From NCBI RefSeq assembly GCF_009834535.1, contig NC_045696.1, positions 32,738,001 to 32,802,000 on the forward strand: a stretch of DNA of 64,000 nucleotides, written 5' to 3'. The translations under genes were made by a program, and so were the position numbers. The stretch comes from Camelus ferus. Lineage: Eukaryota. Under the pieces are notes generated by a model. The model made no database searches. It was not told the origin of the DNA and was given only the letters and a program-made list of their open reading frames with translations. Shown here one piece after another: positions 11,253 through 24,865 of the stretch; positions within the stretch are counted from its first letter, which is position 1, and every line of letters begins with the position of its first letter.

Positions 11253-14200
11253 CTACACAGTGGCTTGAAGTTTCTCTTATAGAGGAGTTTTGTTTTTGTT
11301 TTTCCTATTCTAAAAACAATGGAAAACCATTTAAAGATTTTAAAATGGAATAGGGGTGGGGATGGTAAAATATTCTCATGTTTATACTTTGAGATTACTG
11401 GATATTCATAAGAACAAATTAGAAGAGATTACTGTAGATGACAAAGAGACAAGTTGAATTGTCTGGAAAATTGCAGCAGTCCCTGGAGAAATGTTGGCCT
11501 AGAGTGTTTAGTAGTAACATCAAGGAGAAACAGACAGATTTGAGAGCATAGAAATCTGTTCAAAAATACAGTTGAAACATTTAGCAGGAAAAAAAACAAA
11601 ACTGAACCATGAATTAAATAAGCACCTCTAAATATTTATGAAACGTTTTAAATACTTTATTATTCTTCATTCCTATTCATTGTCATCAACACTGCAGACC
11701 TAAAGGCAGAAACCTAGAATGATAGTCCTGATCTTGTCAATATGTCAACCCACAGAAAAGTACATTTATGTTGTACTGTGGAACAGAAGTGAAAGTGAAG
11801 GAAAGAATTATAAATTGTATTATCAGAAAAATATTAGATTCCATCTTCTTTCCCCAAAATACTTCTTACCTATATTATTGATTCTTCTAATTGAAATAAT
11901 TGAAAAGTTCCATGTCTAAATAAATCAGGGGGAAGAAAACTACATTTAAAAAAACTTGTCAGGAATAATATGCTAAAAGTAATAAAAATTGCAAATCTTA
12001 ATTGTATATTCTAGTTTTATTTTGAACACAGCAGATTAAAAGTTACTTATGCATTAGATTCCTGGCTATAATTCAATATAGCATTATTTGAGTGACACCA
12101 AAGCAGTAATAATGTGTGTGGCATAAGCTTCAAAAAGGTCATTAATTTAACTCACTACTTAGGTGTTTTCCCATCCTGGCCAAATAAAAACCGCCTCCTG
12201 GCAGAGTAAGATTCCAAATTCATAACATGTAATCTGTTTTATCCAAGATGGGATAATCATCCAACAGGCATTGGGTTCACTCAGTAAGCATGCTGTCTAG
12301 ACACAAGGCAGGAATACTGTTTGGCTTGAAAAGCCACCGAATAGCTCATAAAGTAATTGTCTTCCAACTCATCCAGAAGTCATCTTGGGAAAGACGGTCA
12401 AATCTCTCAGCTGCCTAACCAGAGTTTAGAAATCCCAGTAATATGTATTCACAATAGCAGGCAAACTAGTTTGTGATAGCATATTCAAATGGAAACTGGG
12501 AAACAGGAAGCTAAATCCGTGTATATCAGGATACAGCTTCCCCTAAAAATTGAGATAGATATTTTTATGTAATCTGATGTTTGACTCATTGAAAACTGGG
12601 TATTTGCTTATTTGCAAATAAAAGTTACTCTTCATGCGTGAAATAGTTTCTTTCTTATAAAACTGGGGGATAAATTTAGACCTAGGTGAGATACAGCTAT
12701 ATAGCTAAAGATAGATTTTAAAACTACTTATAAGCCTTTTGGGAGGTGTTAACAAAATCTTTGGTATTTTTTACACATAAATGTTATTTAATATATCTGG
12801 CATGGTCAAGAGGTCATTTCAGCATGATCGTTTGACTCCATATTTATTAGAGCTAAATATGTGTTTAATGAGTATTTCTTTTATAGCTATTTCAGTCATC
12901 ATAATTCACCCCATGTCTTTTTTTTTCCTTTTGTTTTTTATTTTTTTTTTAGCAGACAATTTGAGAGAAGCCAAGTTTTAAAAAGTCCTAGTCATTTTTA
13001 GGAGATTTCTTAGAATAAAACAAAAGAAAACCCATTTACTCACAGTCTAGTAACAGATAGGCTGAAATAAAGCATTTCTTATCAACTCCAATTATTCTGT
13101 TTTAAAATGTAGCAACTAGAAATGCATTTAGTGGCATAGTAATTCATTCGCATAGAATTATCCATCTATTCATTTCCAGAATATTTGTCAAATTTATGTG
13201 TAAGTCACTAGTCAAAAATAGTGATAGTATATTTTATATTTTGAAATCAAATCTAAATCTTAGCAACCATGTCAATATCAGTGATTCAAAATAAACTCTG
13301 TGTAGCTGTAGAAATGAATATGTCTTCAGGACTTTAAAAAAAAAAAAAAGACTGCATAATGCTTTTTGCAAAAACTTTCCCCAAGAAAATTAACATCACA
13401 ATTTTGTCCTAGATTATCTCATTTATCATTGACTTCCACATAGCATAATGGAATGGAAGATTGCATTATCAGTCTATATATTCTACTATTAAACTTTGAC
13501 TAGTACTGATTTACATACAAAACAAATTTGGGGGGAATAAAATCAGGCTGCTTTTGTATTTGGAAAGTTCTCAGTAACCTTAAAAGAGACTGTCATCTTA
13601 AAATAGATTGAAATATGGGCAGTAAGTTTTAAGATGTCAGTCATACACTATCACTTCTGAAACTGGTAGAGAAATGACTACACTAAGATATATTTTATGT
13701 TATCACTCATGCTTAAACAAATTGGACAGGATTTGCTTTCCTTGAAAATTATCTAATTGCCTCAGCTTTATCAGTAGTTCGTACGAATATAAATGACAGA
13801 TCCAAAATTAACGATATATAATTGATAAAGAGAAAAGATGTAATTTATGGGGAAGTAAAGTGGCTGGAAAATGAATAAGATGACAATAAATCAATGAAAA
13901 AAACATATAAAATGTAAGTTGCATTTACTGTGAGGAATGCAGTGTAAGAGAGTGAGTGCTCTTACTCTGAAAGATAATGAAACTACTTTAATTTTAAATA
14001 TCAAAGCATTTATAGTTACAGGTGAGGAAACACTGTAAATAGATAAAATGTAATAATTGCCTAAATATAAATTAAAACATAAGTATCTCATGAGACAACT
14101 GAAAATTTTAAAAAAGAGGTATGTGAGAAAATAAAATTTTAAAAATGTGAATTCTTCTTATTAAACCTCATGACGTGACATCCAGATCTTCATTCAAAAC

Positions 14201-16275
14201 TATTATTTGTTTATTTCAGTTATTGAGAGTCATATGCAAAGGGCAAATGTGATCTCTGATATGAGATGAAAACATTCAATTCTTACTCTTGCAAATAGAC
14301 TTACTTAATCAGGTGGTTTTACCTTGGAAAAATCTGTTGTCTGTGTATAGAGTGTGCTGTTCCTACTCACTTTAACTTAGAGAATGTTTTACTCTTCCAG
14401 TAGGTAAACAGTATTCCCTGTTTGCATGCCTTTTCCCAATGGGAGCTGTAATAGTATTTGATCCAGTAGCTTCAGTAAGAGATCAGGTATATTGACCTCT
14501 TCCAGACATCATGGAGACCAAGTAACTCACACTTTTCCACACTAATTCTAAAAGTTTGCTTAAGTAACCATTTTTTCAGTCTTCAGTGACTATTCTTCAG
14601 GTTTCTTATTTGAGAGACCAAAAGTTTCGCTCCACCTTGGTACTTTCATTATCATTACCGGTTCCACTGTCTTTTTATTCTCTGTCTTCATTTTTGCTTT
14701 CTCCCTCCTCTTTTTCCTTCTTGCGATTATGTGGAATATGAGGCCCTAATTTCTTCTTGTATCAGTATAGCCATTTACCACCATATTTCCTACTTTTTTT
14801 CAAATTACCAAAACAATTCACATCCATATTTAAGAAATTCAAATCCCTCAGTCAGCTGGCTCTCTTCCATTAATTGTTCTTTTCCTGTACAAGAAATTTG
14901 CCCCACAATCCTACCATGAAACACTTGGAGCCAACTTCCTTCTTTTCTTAAGCAACTCTGCAGTTCACCAGCTTGAATGAATTCCTCATATCTGATATTA
15001 ATATGTATGTTCACTTTCAAATCATTCTCCCCATTCAGAGCTCAATTCTGTTCCCACCTGTTCTAGCAGCTTTTTCCAGAATAGTTCAAATAGGCATCAA
15101 TAATTCTTGTCCGGGGCAAGAGTTCTTCCCTTTTCTGCAAATGGACAGACCCTTTTTGTTTCTATGTGCCTCTCACATAGCTACTGACTGAGATACCTAG
15201 TATCACTTAGTTAAATTTGATAGAATCATGCCATGAGCTTTGTTCATTTCTGTTATAGGAATTAATAGAGCCATAGGCAAAGACAAGTTGAAATTCTTCA
15301 AACACTTGAGCTGAACATCTAAGATGTTTAGATACAATCTTCTATTTCTGTATAAGGACATTAATTTCAGCCATAGCTGCCCTGTTTGTATTTTTGAAAT
15401 TTCTCCTTTTAATTGGTAAGTGCATTAGTGTAAACTTACTCCTTCCTGTTTTATATAATTTATTTTTGCCAAAGGAAAAAAAATAGAGTAACTCTTATAA
15501 TTTGGTTGCCACATAACAGATTATCTCACATATGGAAAATTTCCTACCTATGCCACAACCACCTTTTATTATTCAAGCTGAGATTTAAAAATCTAATGTA
15601 CTTGTTACTCTATCCATTTGAGTTGTATATTTTACTCTTTCACTTACTTAGAAGTAAAATTGGAACTAAAGCATATATAATTTACTTTCTTGCCAAAGTT
15701 ATCCTGGGGCTCACAGAGACAATTGGAAATTACTATTTCACAAGTCGTTTGAATTATAAGGAATCATGTAGTGAATTTCTAAATTCAAAACACTTCTTTT
15801 TACAAATTACTACTTCCTTAAAAGTTGTTGAGGGATATAAGATATATGTTTTTCCGGATATAAGATACATGTTTTTCCAGTAAGTTGACTACCTATTATG
15901 TGTTTAGCACAGGTGTAGCAGCTAGGAATACAAAGGGCTTTGTCTAGGAGTATCTAACGCTCCCTCATTTCCTATTACCAGATTATAGAATGCAGGAGCA
16001 CACACTGACATTTCAAGAATCTTAAAATAAGTGTATTGTTATTTTACTTTCCCTGTTAGAGGTTTAGGATTATTGATCAGAACTAGCATTATGATAGTGT
16101 CACCTAGTGGTTCCTATGCCAAGTTGTGGGCATTTGACTGTAAAGGTTGCTTTTACTTTCAGCAGGTGAATTTCACTTGATAAAGCAAACTGTAAATGCT
16201 ATGCATATATATCTTTCTCCATGCGTTAACCTTTCCTGAGACCTTGTATTAAGAGCCACTATAAAGAAATATGCT

Positions 16276-16640
16276 CATCATGCTAAGTGAAATAAATCAG
16301 ATGGACAAAGCTAAATATCACATATCACCAATACATGGAATCAAAATATGACACAAATGAACAAAACAGAAACAGACTCACAGATACAGAAAACAAACTA
16401 TGGTTAACGAAGCAGAAGGGGGAGTATAAATTAGGAGTTTGGGATTAGCAGATACAAACTACTATATATAAAATAGATTAGTAACAATGTCCTACAGTAC
16501 AGCACAGGGAACCATATTCAATATCTTGTAATACGTATAATGAGAAATAATATGTATATATAAATGTATGACTGAATTACTGTGCTGTACACCAGAAACC
16601 AACACAACATTGTAAATCAACTCTACTTTAAAAAAATAGG
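16276..16640 (+). mobile_element. 5'-truncated L1 3' end (cetartiodactyl-type)
   Basis: atgctaagtgaaataaatcag...aaaacagaaacagactcacagatacagaaaacaaact...gctgtacaccagaaaccaacacaacattgtaaatcaac, then an A-rich tail. Confidence 0.9.
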
Positions 16641-18089
16641 CAAAAATAAATAATCTCAATAGGTCACTGAATATAATGATCCGAGTATATCTGCCTCTCC
16701 ATTATAAACCTTTAAGAAATAGATGCTAAAATAAGTTGAATTGGTATTTTTAAATTAACTATCAGTAATATAAATTATACTTCATTGCATTTATTGATAA
16801 TATCTGAGAATACTTGGGAGCAGAAATAAAAATACATAACCTGGGATATCATGAAGAATGTGTTTGCAAAACAGATCTGAAATTTATCTTTCCCATATTT
16901 AAAAATACTCAGCTACGAATATAAGTCCAGTGTTTCAATTGGCAATGCTGTGGCATTCTCCCAACGAAAGATAAAGGCCCCCTACAGAAAACAGATACAA
17001 CTTTGTGGCAGGGGCTTATTGGATCAGTTCTCAAGTTCATATGCAGCACCATCATTCCACCATCTGTTTTCTTTAAAAGATAATGTATTTTTGTGTGAGA
17101 TTTTTCTCCTCCGACAGCTTGTTATATATGTACTTCATTGATTTAGTTCTTTCTACGATGCAATTGCATTTTTCTTTTCTGAGCCTACCAATTTCTGCAA
17201 AGTTATGGCCAGGGCAGCTCACATTACTCTCTGGGTGGTTTATGTAAATAATAATAAAAACCCCTGAAGCTTTATCCCTGTTCCCAGTAGTATCCCACTG
17301 ACCTCTTTTCAGCTTGAAAAGGTTCTATCTGTGGCTGATTTTTTTTTTCTTCCCACTGGCAATTTTCAGCCTACTGTGCTTCTTCATCTGATTTCTTGAC
17401 TCTTTCTTGACTTAAGAATTAATTATTGAAATGTATCAGATGCACTCTGAAAATGTCAGTGTATTTGGTTGGATTTACTAAGAAGCACAGCTTTTCAGCC
17501 AACATGATATTGGAATTGAATTTCAAGTAGTGCCTTTCTCCACACATCGCTTTCACAGGCAACACAAAAACATAATGCAGATGATCTATACCATCTCTGA
17601 AAAGGTTTGTGCAGTAGAAGGCCATTTGTCTCTATCACTTTACAGCAGAATGTTTACCTTTGCATTTTAGTGCCTTTTTTCTCATTGAAACTTTAACAAA
17701 CACTTTGTGTAGAACTACAAGAGACTCTCAGAAGCTGTCCATCTCTCCTCCTGCTTCCAAACCAGCCTGTGGCTAATTTAATCTGTCCAATTCAGATGGT
17801 TATTGATCCTGCTATAAAAGGAATTCACACCTTCTCTTGTATTTGGTGGCATATTCTGCAAGCCTTATTCTCACAAACTCAGGCACAGGAATTCATACAC
17901 TGAATAGCACAGAACAGCAGCTTGACAGTGAAAGTGATTTAAACACAAAGATTAAAATCACCTGAAAAGAGATTTGAAAGCATTTATTAAAACATGCCAA
18001 GGGTGGATTTAAGAAGGGAAGAGAGGCTTAAATTCACAAGATGTAATTTTAAAACAATATTAATAAAATAATATTTTAAATAGATTGCA

Positions 18090-18965
18090 CTTCATCCTTA
18101 TTTATCAACTTATAAAATAATTATTAGGCACCTACTGTAGGACAAGCTCTGTTTCAGGTGCTTCTGTGAAGTGGAAAATGAAGCCAAAGAGAAAATCCTT
18201 ATCCTTATAGAATATATGTTCTAGTGGGAGAAGTCAAACAACAGCATGGCAAAATGAGAGAACAATATAGTTATATTTGAAGGTGATTTGTAAGTTGAAG
18301 AAAGCAGAGGAAATGAGGTTGGGACATGTCTGGAGGTGGGGCAATTGCTATTTTTAGATGAATTAGACATGGCAGGGCCTTACTGAGATGATGACATTTG
18401 GACAGACTGAAGGCAGCAAGGGAGCAGACCATGAGAATATTGAGGGAAGAGGGTCATGTGTAAAGAATAAGACCAGTGCAAAGCACGTCTGGCAGGCATA
18501 TACTTGTATCCCTAAGAACAAGCAAGGTGTCTGGTGTGCGTGGAGCAGACTGAGGCAGGGAAAGAAAGGAAGGAAGACACGGAGAGGAGTAGATGAAATC
18601 AGATGGGTAGCTGGACCTGGTTGCACAGGGCCTGGTAAGTTAGCTCATGGATTTGGCTTTTACAGTGAGTCAGTGGGACAGCATTGGAGGATGTCCAGCA
18701 AAGGGGTGACATGATCTGCTTTATGCATTTAAAGTCTGGTTGCTGTGTTGGGGGTAGAGACACAAATGTAATTTATCATGTGCTAGCATGAAGTTGGTGA
18801 AGAAGAAATTGCAGTTGATGTGAAAGGATAGCCAGCTGAAATTTCTCACAGTTTGTGGGCAGAATGCAAGAGAAAATAATGAGTCAAGGATGTCTACAAG
18901 ACTTTGGTCCATGCCACTGGAAGGATGTCTTTCCTGTTAGCAGAGATGGGAAGACTACAAGAAAT
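18090..18965 (-). mobile_element. L2 (L2a-like)
   Basis: ttattaggcacctactgt...ttctagtgggaga...gatgacatttggacagactgaagg...gagatgggaagact. Confidence 0.85.
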
Positions 18966-19529
18966 AACAAGATATATAGAGAGATATATCTATATTTATA
19001 TATATGGAAAAACGTATAGTTTACATTCTATCTTCACAACTGAGGTAAATAGCTGATGTATATTCCCAGCTCTGGGAACTACTTGGAGTTGCTCAAGGAT
19101 CCCCACAACCATCTGTGGCTTCTCTTTCTTCCCGTGACTCAGGGACTGACTGGCCCTACTTCCAAATCACTCTCCTACTCATGGGTTTTTCTTCTTGTGG
19201 ATGTGTCTTAACTCCCCAACTCACCCTCATCATGTTTCTTACCAAATCTTTTGTTTAGGTCCAAATTTTTACTTCCTAAGATCTGGGCTTTTAAAATCTG
19301 AAAACCAGGAAAACTTCATTTCCTATAATGTTTGAACATACATATTTTCCCTGTATCATGATGCTGAACAGCCTAACTACTACCGAGTTTAGGACAGTGG
19401 GGTAGAGTGAGGAGGAGACGTAGGTGGATTAGGAGATACAGGAAAGAAATGCAATAATCGTATTTCAAAACTCCGCCACCATATTACAGTAACTACCAGA
19501 AGTATTCCAAACAACATCATCTACTTATC

Positions 19530-19720
19530 TGACCTTTAAATGTTTACCAAGCACTTTTACATATATTTTTTAAATTACCCTTTATTCAACCTTGTGAGAC
19601 AGTAGCTTTATAGATGAGGAATATATGGCTAAAAGCGTTAAGTAATTTCTTTTAGGGTTATCTATGAATAGTTAGTTCACACATTACAGAACCTTTATCT
19701 TCATATTGCATGACAAATAC
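19530..19720 (-). mobile_element. MIR fragment
   Basis: aagcacttttacatatatt...caaccttgtgag...tttatagatgagga..aagtaattt. Confidence 0.6.
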
Positions 19721-21029
19721 TCTTTTTTACTCTACACTTCCTCAAATGTTTGTAGGTTAATAGGAATAAATTGTCCTCTCTCTATTTAAAAGGAAAGGGT
19801 GAATAAGACACTTACAGTCAATAGTGAGAGATTGACAGAGCACTGGAGAAAGTGAAGGCACCATCAGTGGGAACGAGAGGATGAGGGGCATAGAATCAAC
19901 CCAGAAATCTGAGTCCTCTGTGATGTTCTAATGCCTTAAAACTGAGCAAAGGATATTTGACATTTATGATAGCAGGGTGCAATACAAAAATAGAAATCAG
20001 TGGTCAAAGATATAATATGAAGACTGTTTCATTGTTTGAAGTAGAATGAAAAAGTTTGCAAGTTTATGAAAAATTTGGACCATATTAGTGTCATTGATCT
20101 CATCATTGTCTTTATGAGATCATCAAAATTGATCTAGTGTGATCAATTTCATGTGTTTGTATATATTATGTGGCATTTGGGAAAGTTTTCTAATAGGTTA
20201 TGTGCTATAAGACAGCATTCAGAACAACTAATGTGGGCCCAATACAAGGAAGCATAACAATTGATATATTAAAAAAAAAAAACTTTGATGTAAAAAAGTT
20301 TTCTTCCATAAGCTATAATGGCATCTGAATCAAAGAAATAGGGTTAATTTTCAACATTTTACTATAATATCAAATATCATTTCAATGTGCCTTTAAAAAT
20401 TCATGAGTATGGAATTGTTTTATAAATTGGGAACTTTTTTTTTTCCTGTTGAAGCATAACTCCATTAGTGGGTAAAGAAGACTCTTTATGGGACTTTTTC
20501 AGGATTTTTTTTTCTCTATGAAACCTTCAAGAACATTCCTTTTCTACACATCAAAGCCTTACTCTTGTCATCTACTCTTAATAGGTCCCAATATTGTTAG
20601 CTTTTAAAATAAAAGCACTGAAAAGTTCATTGAATTCTTTTAATCAACTTTATCACATTTATGTCTAGACAGCCATTAAAAAAAATTAGCACACAGCATT
20701 GCCAAAAGAAACTGAAGCGGGCAAAACAGCTTAAATTGTCCTTGTCTCTCCTTTCTAGTCAATTTATTTCTCTACCCAGGTGTCTGATGGGTATCTGTGT
20801 TTGCGCAGGAACTCTGACTTTATCTACTCCAGCTGAATGCTCACTTATCTGAGTCTAATGATATCAGGGCTCTAGACGCAAATGGGATGGCGAAGACTTT
20901 GAGGGGGACTGTGTTAGTCACATTGCGTATGGCTGAGTTTTACTTGCTCTGCAAAGCCTTCTCTGCCTGGTTTACTCCCTTTCCACAGCTGTGTTCATCC
21001 CCATCCCATTTGGATGGCTTTCTTTTATG

Positions 21030-21222
21030 AGCTGCCATGGTCCCCTGGCCTTCCTCGACTACAACGCTTACTACACTTGATTGTCTTTATTTGTATGTTT
21101 CTTTATCTTCTGTACATAAACTGTTATTATCTTCTTATATAAACTGTAAGAAACTCTACTAGTCCCCAGTACAGTGCCTAGTAATCCACAGGTATTCACT
21201 GTATGTCTGAATATATGAATTA
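21030..21222 (+). mobile_element. L2 3' end
   Basis: tccccagtacagtgcctagtaatccacaggtattcactgtatgtctgaat. Confidence 0.55.
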
Positions 21223-21304
21223 TGAAAACATTCAAGCACTACACATAGATAAAGCTAGCCTAAGATGTGCTGTAAGTGCAGGACTATAAATATCATTAAT
21301 GAAA

Positions 21305-21435
21305 ACAGTAATAGCTAACTCTTATTGAGCACTTACTAAGTGCAGGTGCTTTTCTAAGCGCTTTCAGCCATTATCTCATTTCATCCTTACTACAACCTTA
21401 GAAGAAAGGGAACTGTTATGGGCTTCATTGTTATG
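21305..21435 (-). mobile_element. MIR fragment
   Basis: aatagctaactcttattgagcacttactaagtgcagg...ttatctcatttcatccttactacaacct. Confidence 0.8.
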
Positions 21436-23264
21436 AAAATAATTAGCATGATAATTATTGTAATATCTCTACTTTTCTAGTATAACCTATTTTTTCCTAC
21501 TTATCTTCTCATTATTAAATGCTTTAATGAAGTGCAGATCAATTTTGTTATAAATTGCCAATCTAAAAAGAGAGTATTACCTCCACTAAAATGATACAAT
21601 TTAAGATATATCTGTATCTTAGAACATTTTGTGGAAATGACTTAGAAAAAAAATACTGGCAGGGAAGTCCATGCAGTAATAAACACGTTTTGTGTATTTA
21701 TGTTGTGTGACTACGTGCAGGGAAGGCATGCAACAGCAAAGTCACTGTCGCTAAATCCGGAATATTTTTATACGCAGATGTTCAGGAATCCACTTGAAAC
21801 TGAAAAAAAGTAAATGTGTCATGATTCTACCATTCCACTTTTTTTCAGTTTCAAGTGCTAATATTTACTTTTACTATAATTATTTTTGTTTGTATAGTTG
21901 GAAGGATTTGAAGATACATTTGGTATCAATTTTGTCATTATTTGTTTACTCTCTTTACCGTTTTTGTTTTGTTTTAGTAGTATCTGACTGTTCTGTTTTC
22001 AGTTTACTGATCATCAGGAGCAAAGTGCAAAGCTGTCCTGTAAGGTCATGCCGTTGCTTTTCCCAGGCACTACTCTTGTCATTCTCCATTAGATATGAAT
22101 TAGAAGCACTTTAAAAGCCACACTCTGAGAAATTTGTTGAACTGTCTTTAGACACTTTTTTGTATTCCTCTTCTTTTTAATATCAAAAGTTCAACATTGA
22201 TTATACATTTTCATTTTGCTGAAAATGTCTGGTGACTTTCTAGCTAACTCTACATTTTTTGTAATATGTTTTCATCTTGAATGAGTTTATTTTGATGCTG
22301 AGGTTAGCATTTTCTGAAATGTGAGTGTTGTCTTCTCAGCTAGTTAATTTTCTAATGTCACCCCCCCCCCCTTTCTAAAATTCCCTACATGCCTTTCCGT
22401 CTTAAATCCTGCATTTGGAAATCTGGGAATAAGGCTGAAATGTTAGACTAAACACACCAACACTCTTCCTCTTGATTTCCTGCCATATTTGAAACATTCT
22501 GTGATTCACTGAAGATTACTTTGAGTTACAACCTCAGGCGTTATGGCAAATATATTCAACATTCAATTTTTATGTTCTTTAAATACATTTGTAATACATA
22601 TGAAAAATAGGAGGGGAAGCATTTTTAGTATTTCTTTTCCCAGTGGTAAGAAGAATTAGATTTCTTAGTTGGACAGTTTTATGTTTCAATAAATTATTTT
22701 TTAAGCCTATTTTAAGGTTTTATTAACCTATTTTAAGGTTGGAAAAATGTCAAATGCTGTGGCACAAGATAGTTAAGAATTTTGGACATTGCTCTGATAT
22801 TGCTGTGACACTGAGAGAAAAAAATTGGGGCTGTTATTTTATCAGCTAATTTACTAAGCTAGTCCCCTCCCTGCTATCAATCTGCTTACCCACAGGGGCA
22901 CAAACATAACTTCAGATGTGACACTATTTACCACATCTTACAATTTAATAAGCCTAGTGAAAACTCGATTCATGAAAAGTAAACACTTACAGCTCTCTTT
23001 CTCAGAAGACTCATTACAAAATTAAATATAAGTATTGGATTTGGATTTCAGAGAAAAGAAGAGCTCAGAATTAACTAAAGTAAGTGCAATAGATCTTTTA
23101 AAGAAGTAATTAGCCAGGAGTCTTGAGAACATGAATAAAGGATGCAGATTAACATTGGAGATAGTAAAACATGGAGAGTCAGTCATCAGGGGAGAAACTC
23201 CAGAGCTGAGGCAGGAAGGGGGCAGTGACAGTGGTCTTGAAAAGGCATCTAATTTTTTACCTTC

Positions 23265-23352
23265 ACCTTAACCCTATCCCCTAACCCCTAAATCTAACTC
23301 CTAACCCAAACGCTAACCGTAACCCTAACCTCTAACCCTAATCCTGTCCCTA
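23265..23352 (-). repeat. Degenerate interstitial telomeric (TTAGGG)n array
   Basis: + strand ccttaaccctatcccctaacccctaaatctaactcctaacccaaacgctaaccgtaaccctaacctctaaccctaatcctgtcccta: roughly 13-14 degenerate CCCTAA units. Confidence 0.8.
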
Positions 23353-24086
23353 GTCAGTGAATCTAAAATCCATTAAGGGAGTATGTTTGGGGATGAGAAG
23401 GACTGCATATTATACCTCACTAGAAAGTGAGCCAGTTGTAAATTAAGCTTCATTTTTCCAAAAGAAAATATTTTTTTAACTGTCTTCAAGATTTTAACAG
23501 TTAAACTTTTAAAGATATTCTTGGCATGGTTAGATATTATCTTGCAGTATTTATCACTTTAATGAGACATTTAAATTAGCATATTTTATAAAATCCATTC
23601 ATTAAGAAATGGTACTTTATTTCTACTCTCATGTTTCAAGGGTGTTTTATTCAAAGTTCTCACGTAAATGTTTGACATCAGAATTTTGCCATCACCAAAG
23701 AGACTTGAGTCATTGAACATGATTTTCCTAGAGCACAGCTTTACATCTGTTTAAGTTAAGATATTGCAGCAGTTTTGATTTGATGCTGGCACTGGATATT
23801 TTAGTGCACGTCTGAAGTATCCATTTGCTATTCATAATTTACACAATATAATAAATTAATACATTTCTTAAAAAAAATTTCTTAAAGTATTTTTTAAAGA
23901 CTTGACCAACCCTTGCAATTATCAAGGCATGTGCTTATAACTAAGTCCATGTTAAATTCTGTCTACTGTTATTTTTATGTTTGTAAGGATTATGTTAGGT
24001 GATTTTCTTAAGTATTCAGAGCTAGAGCTAAATGAAATCATTTGGTAGATACGTAGAGTCTTTATAAGGACTGATATCTACAGTAA

Positions 24087-24386
24087 CTTTTCTTTTTTCT
24101 TTTCAACTTTGTAAATTGAGGTATAGTTGATGTACAATGTTACATGAATGTCAGGTGTACAACATAGTGCTTCACAATTTTTAAAGTTTATACTCCATTT
24201 ATAGTTATTATAAAATGTTGGCTATATTCCTTGTGCTGTTTAATATACCCTTATAACTTATTTATTTCATGTATAATAGTTTGTACCTCTTAATCCTCTA
24301 CCTCTAACTTTCCCCTCCCCCTTTCCCCTCTCTTCTTCTTCCTCCTTGATGGTAATCACTAGTTTATTCTCTGTATTTGTGAGACT
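24087..24386 (-). mobile_element. L1 3' end (older L1MA-like)
   Basis: T-rich tail, then aattgaggtatagttgatgtacaat...caggtgtacaacatagtg...ggtaatcactagtttattctctgtatttgtgag. Confidence 0.85.
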
Positions 24387-24559
24387 ATTAACAAAGAAGT
24401 GGGCAGCATGTTGGAAAATCATTATGGACATCGTGCTATCCCATGGTGGTAACAAAGAAGTGTTACCATCCTGCAACCTCAAAATGAAAGACAGTGAATA
24501 TGGAGATAATGATTTCCAGGATTAGAAAAGAACAGTCTAGAGAGATCCCCTTCAAAGGT

Positions 24560-24779
24560 GAGACCTAGCCAGCTTGATGTGTCCCAAAAGGAAGAGAGAT
24601 TCTGATTTCTCTCTCCTCTCCTCCTCTCATCTCCTGAAAGGGCCCTGCAGTTATCTTAACTAAAGTAAAAGTCAGAACAAGAGAGGCCATTGTGTAAGTC
24701 AGTGTCTCAGGACAGAAAAAGAGGAAGGGTAGAGTGTGGAGTGTGGATCTAGGCAGGCAAATGGAAGACATATGTCACA
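24560..24779. mobile_element. ERVL LTR remnant (LTR33-like)
   Basis: Ends gagtgtggatctaggcaggcaaatggaagacatatgtcaca, similar to my recollection of the LTR33 terminus. Confidence 0.4.
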
Positions 24780-24808
24780 GGGAAAATTTTAATCCCTCTC
24801 CTTTCCTC

Positions 24809-24856
<48 letters not shown>

Positions 24857-24865
24857 AGAGAGAGA
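24809..24865 (+). repeat. Compound microsatellite (TG)7(AG)n
   Basis: Directly visible. Confidence 0.95.
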
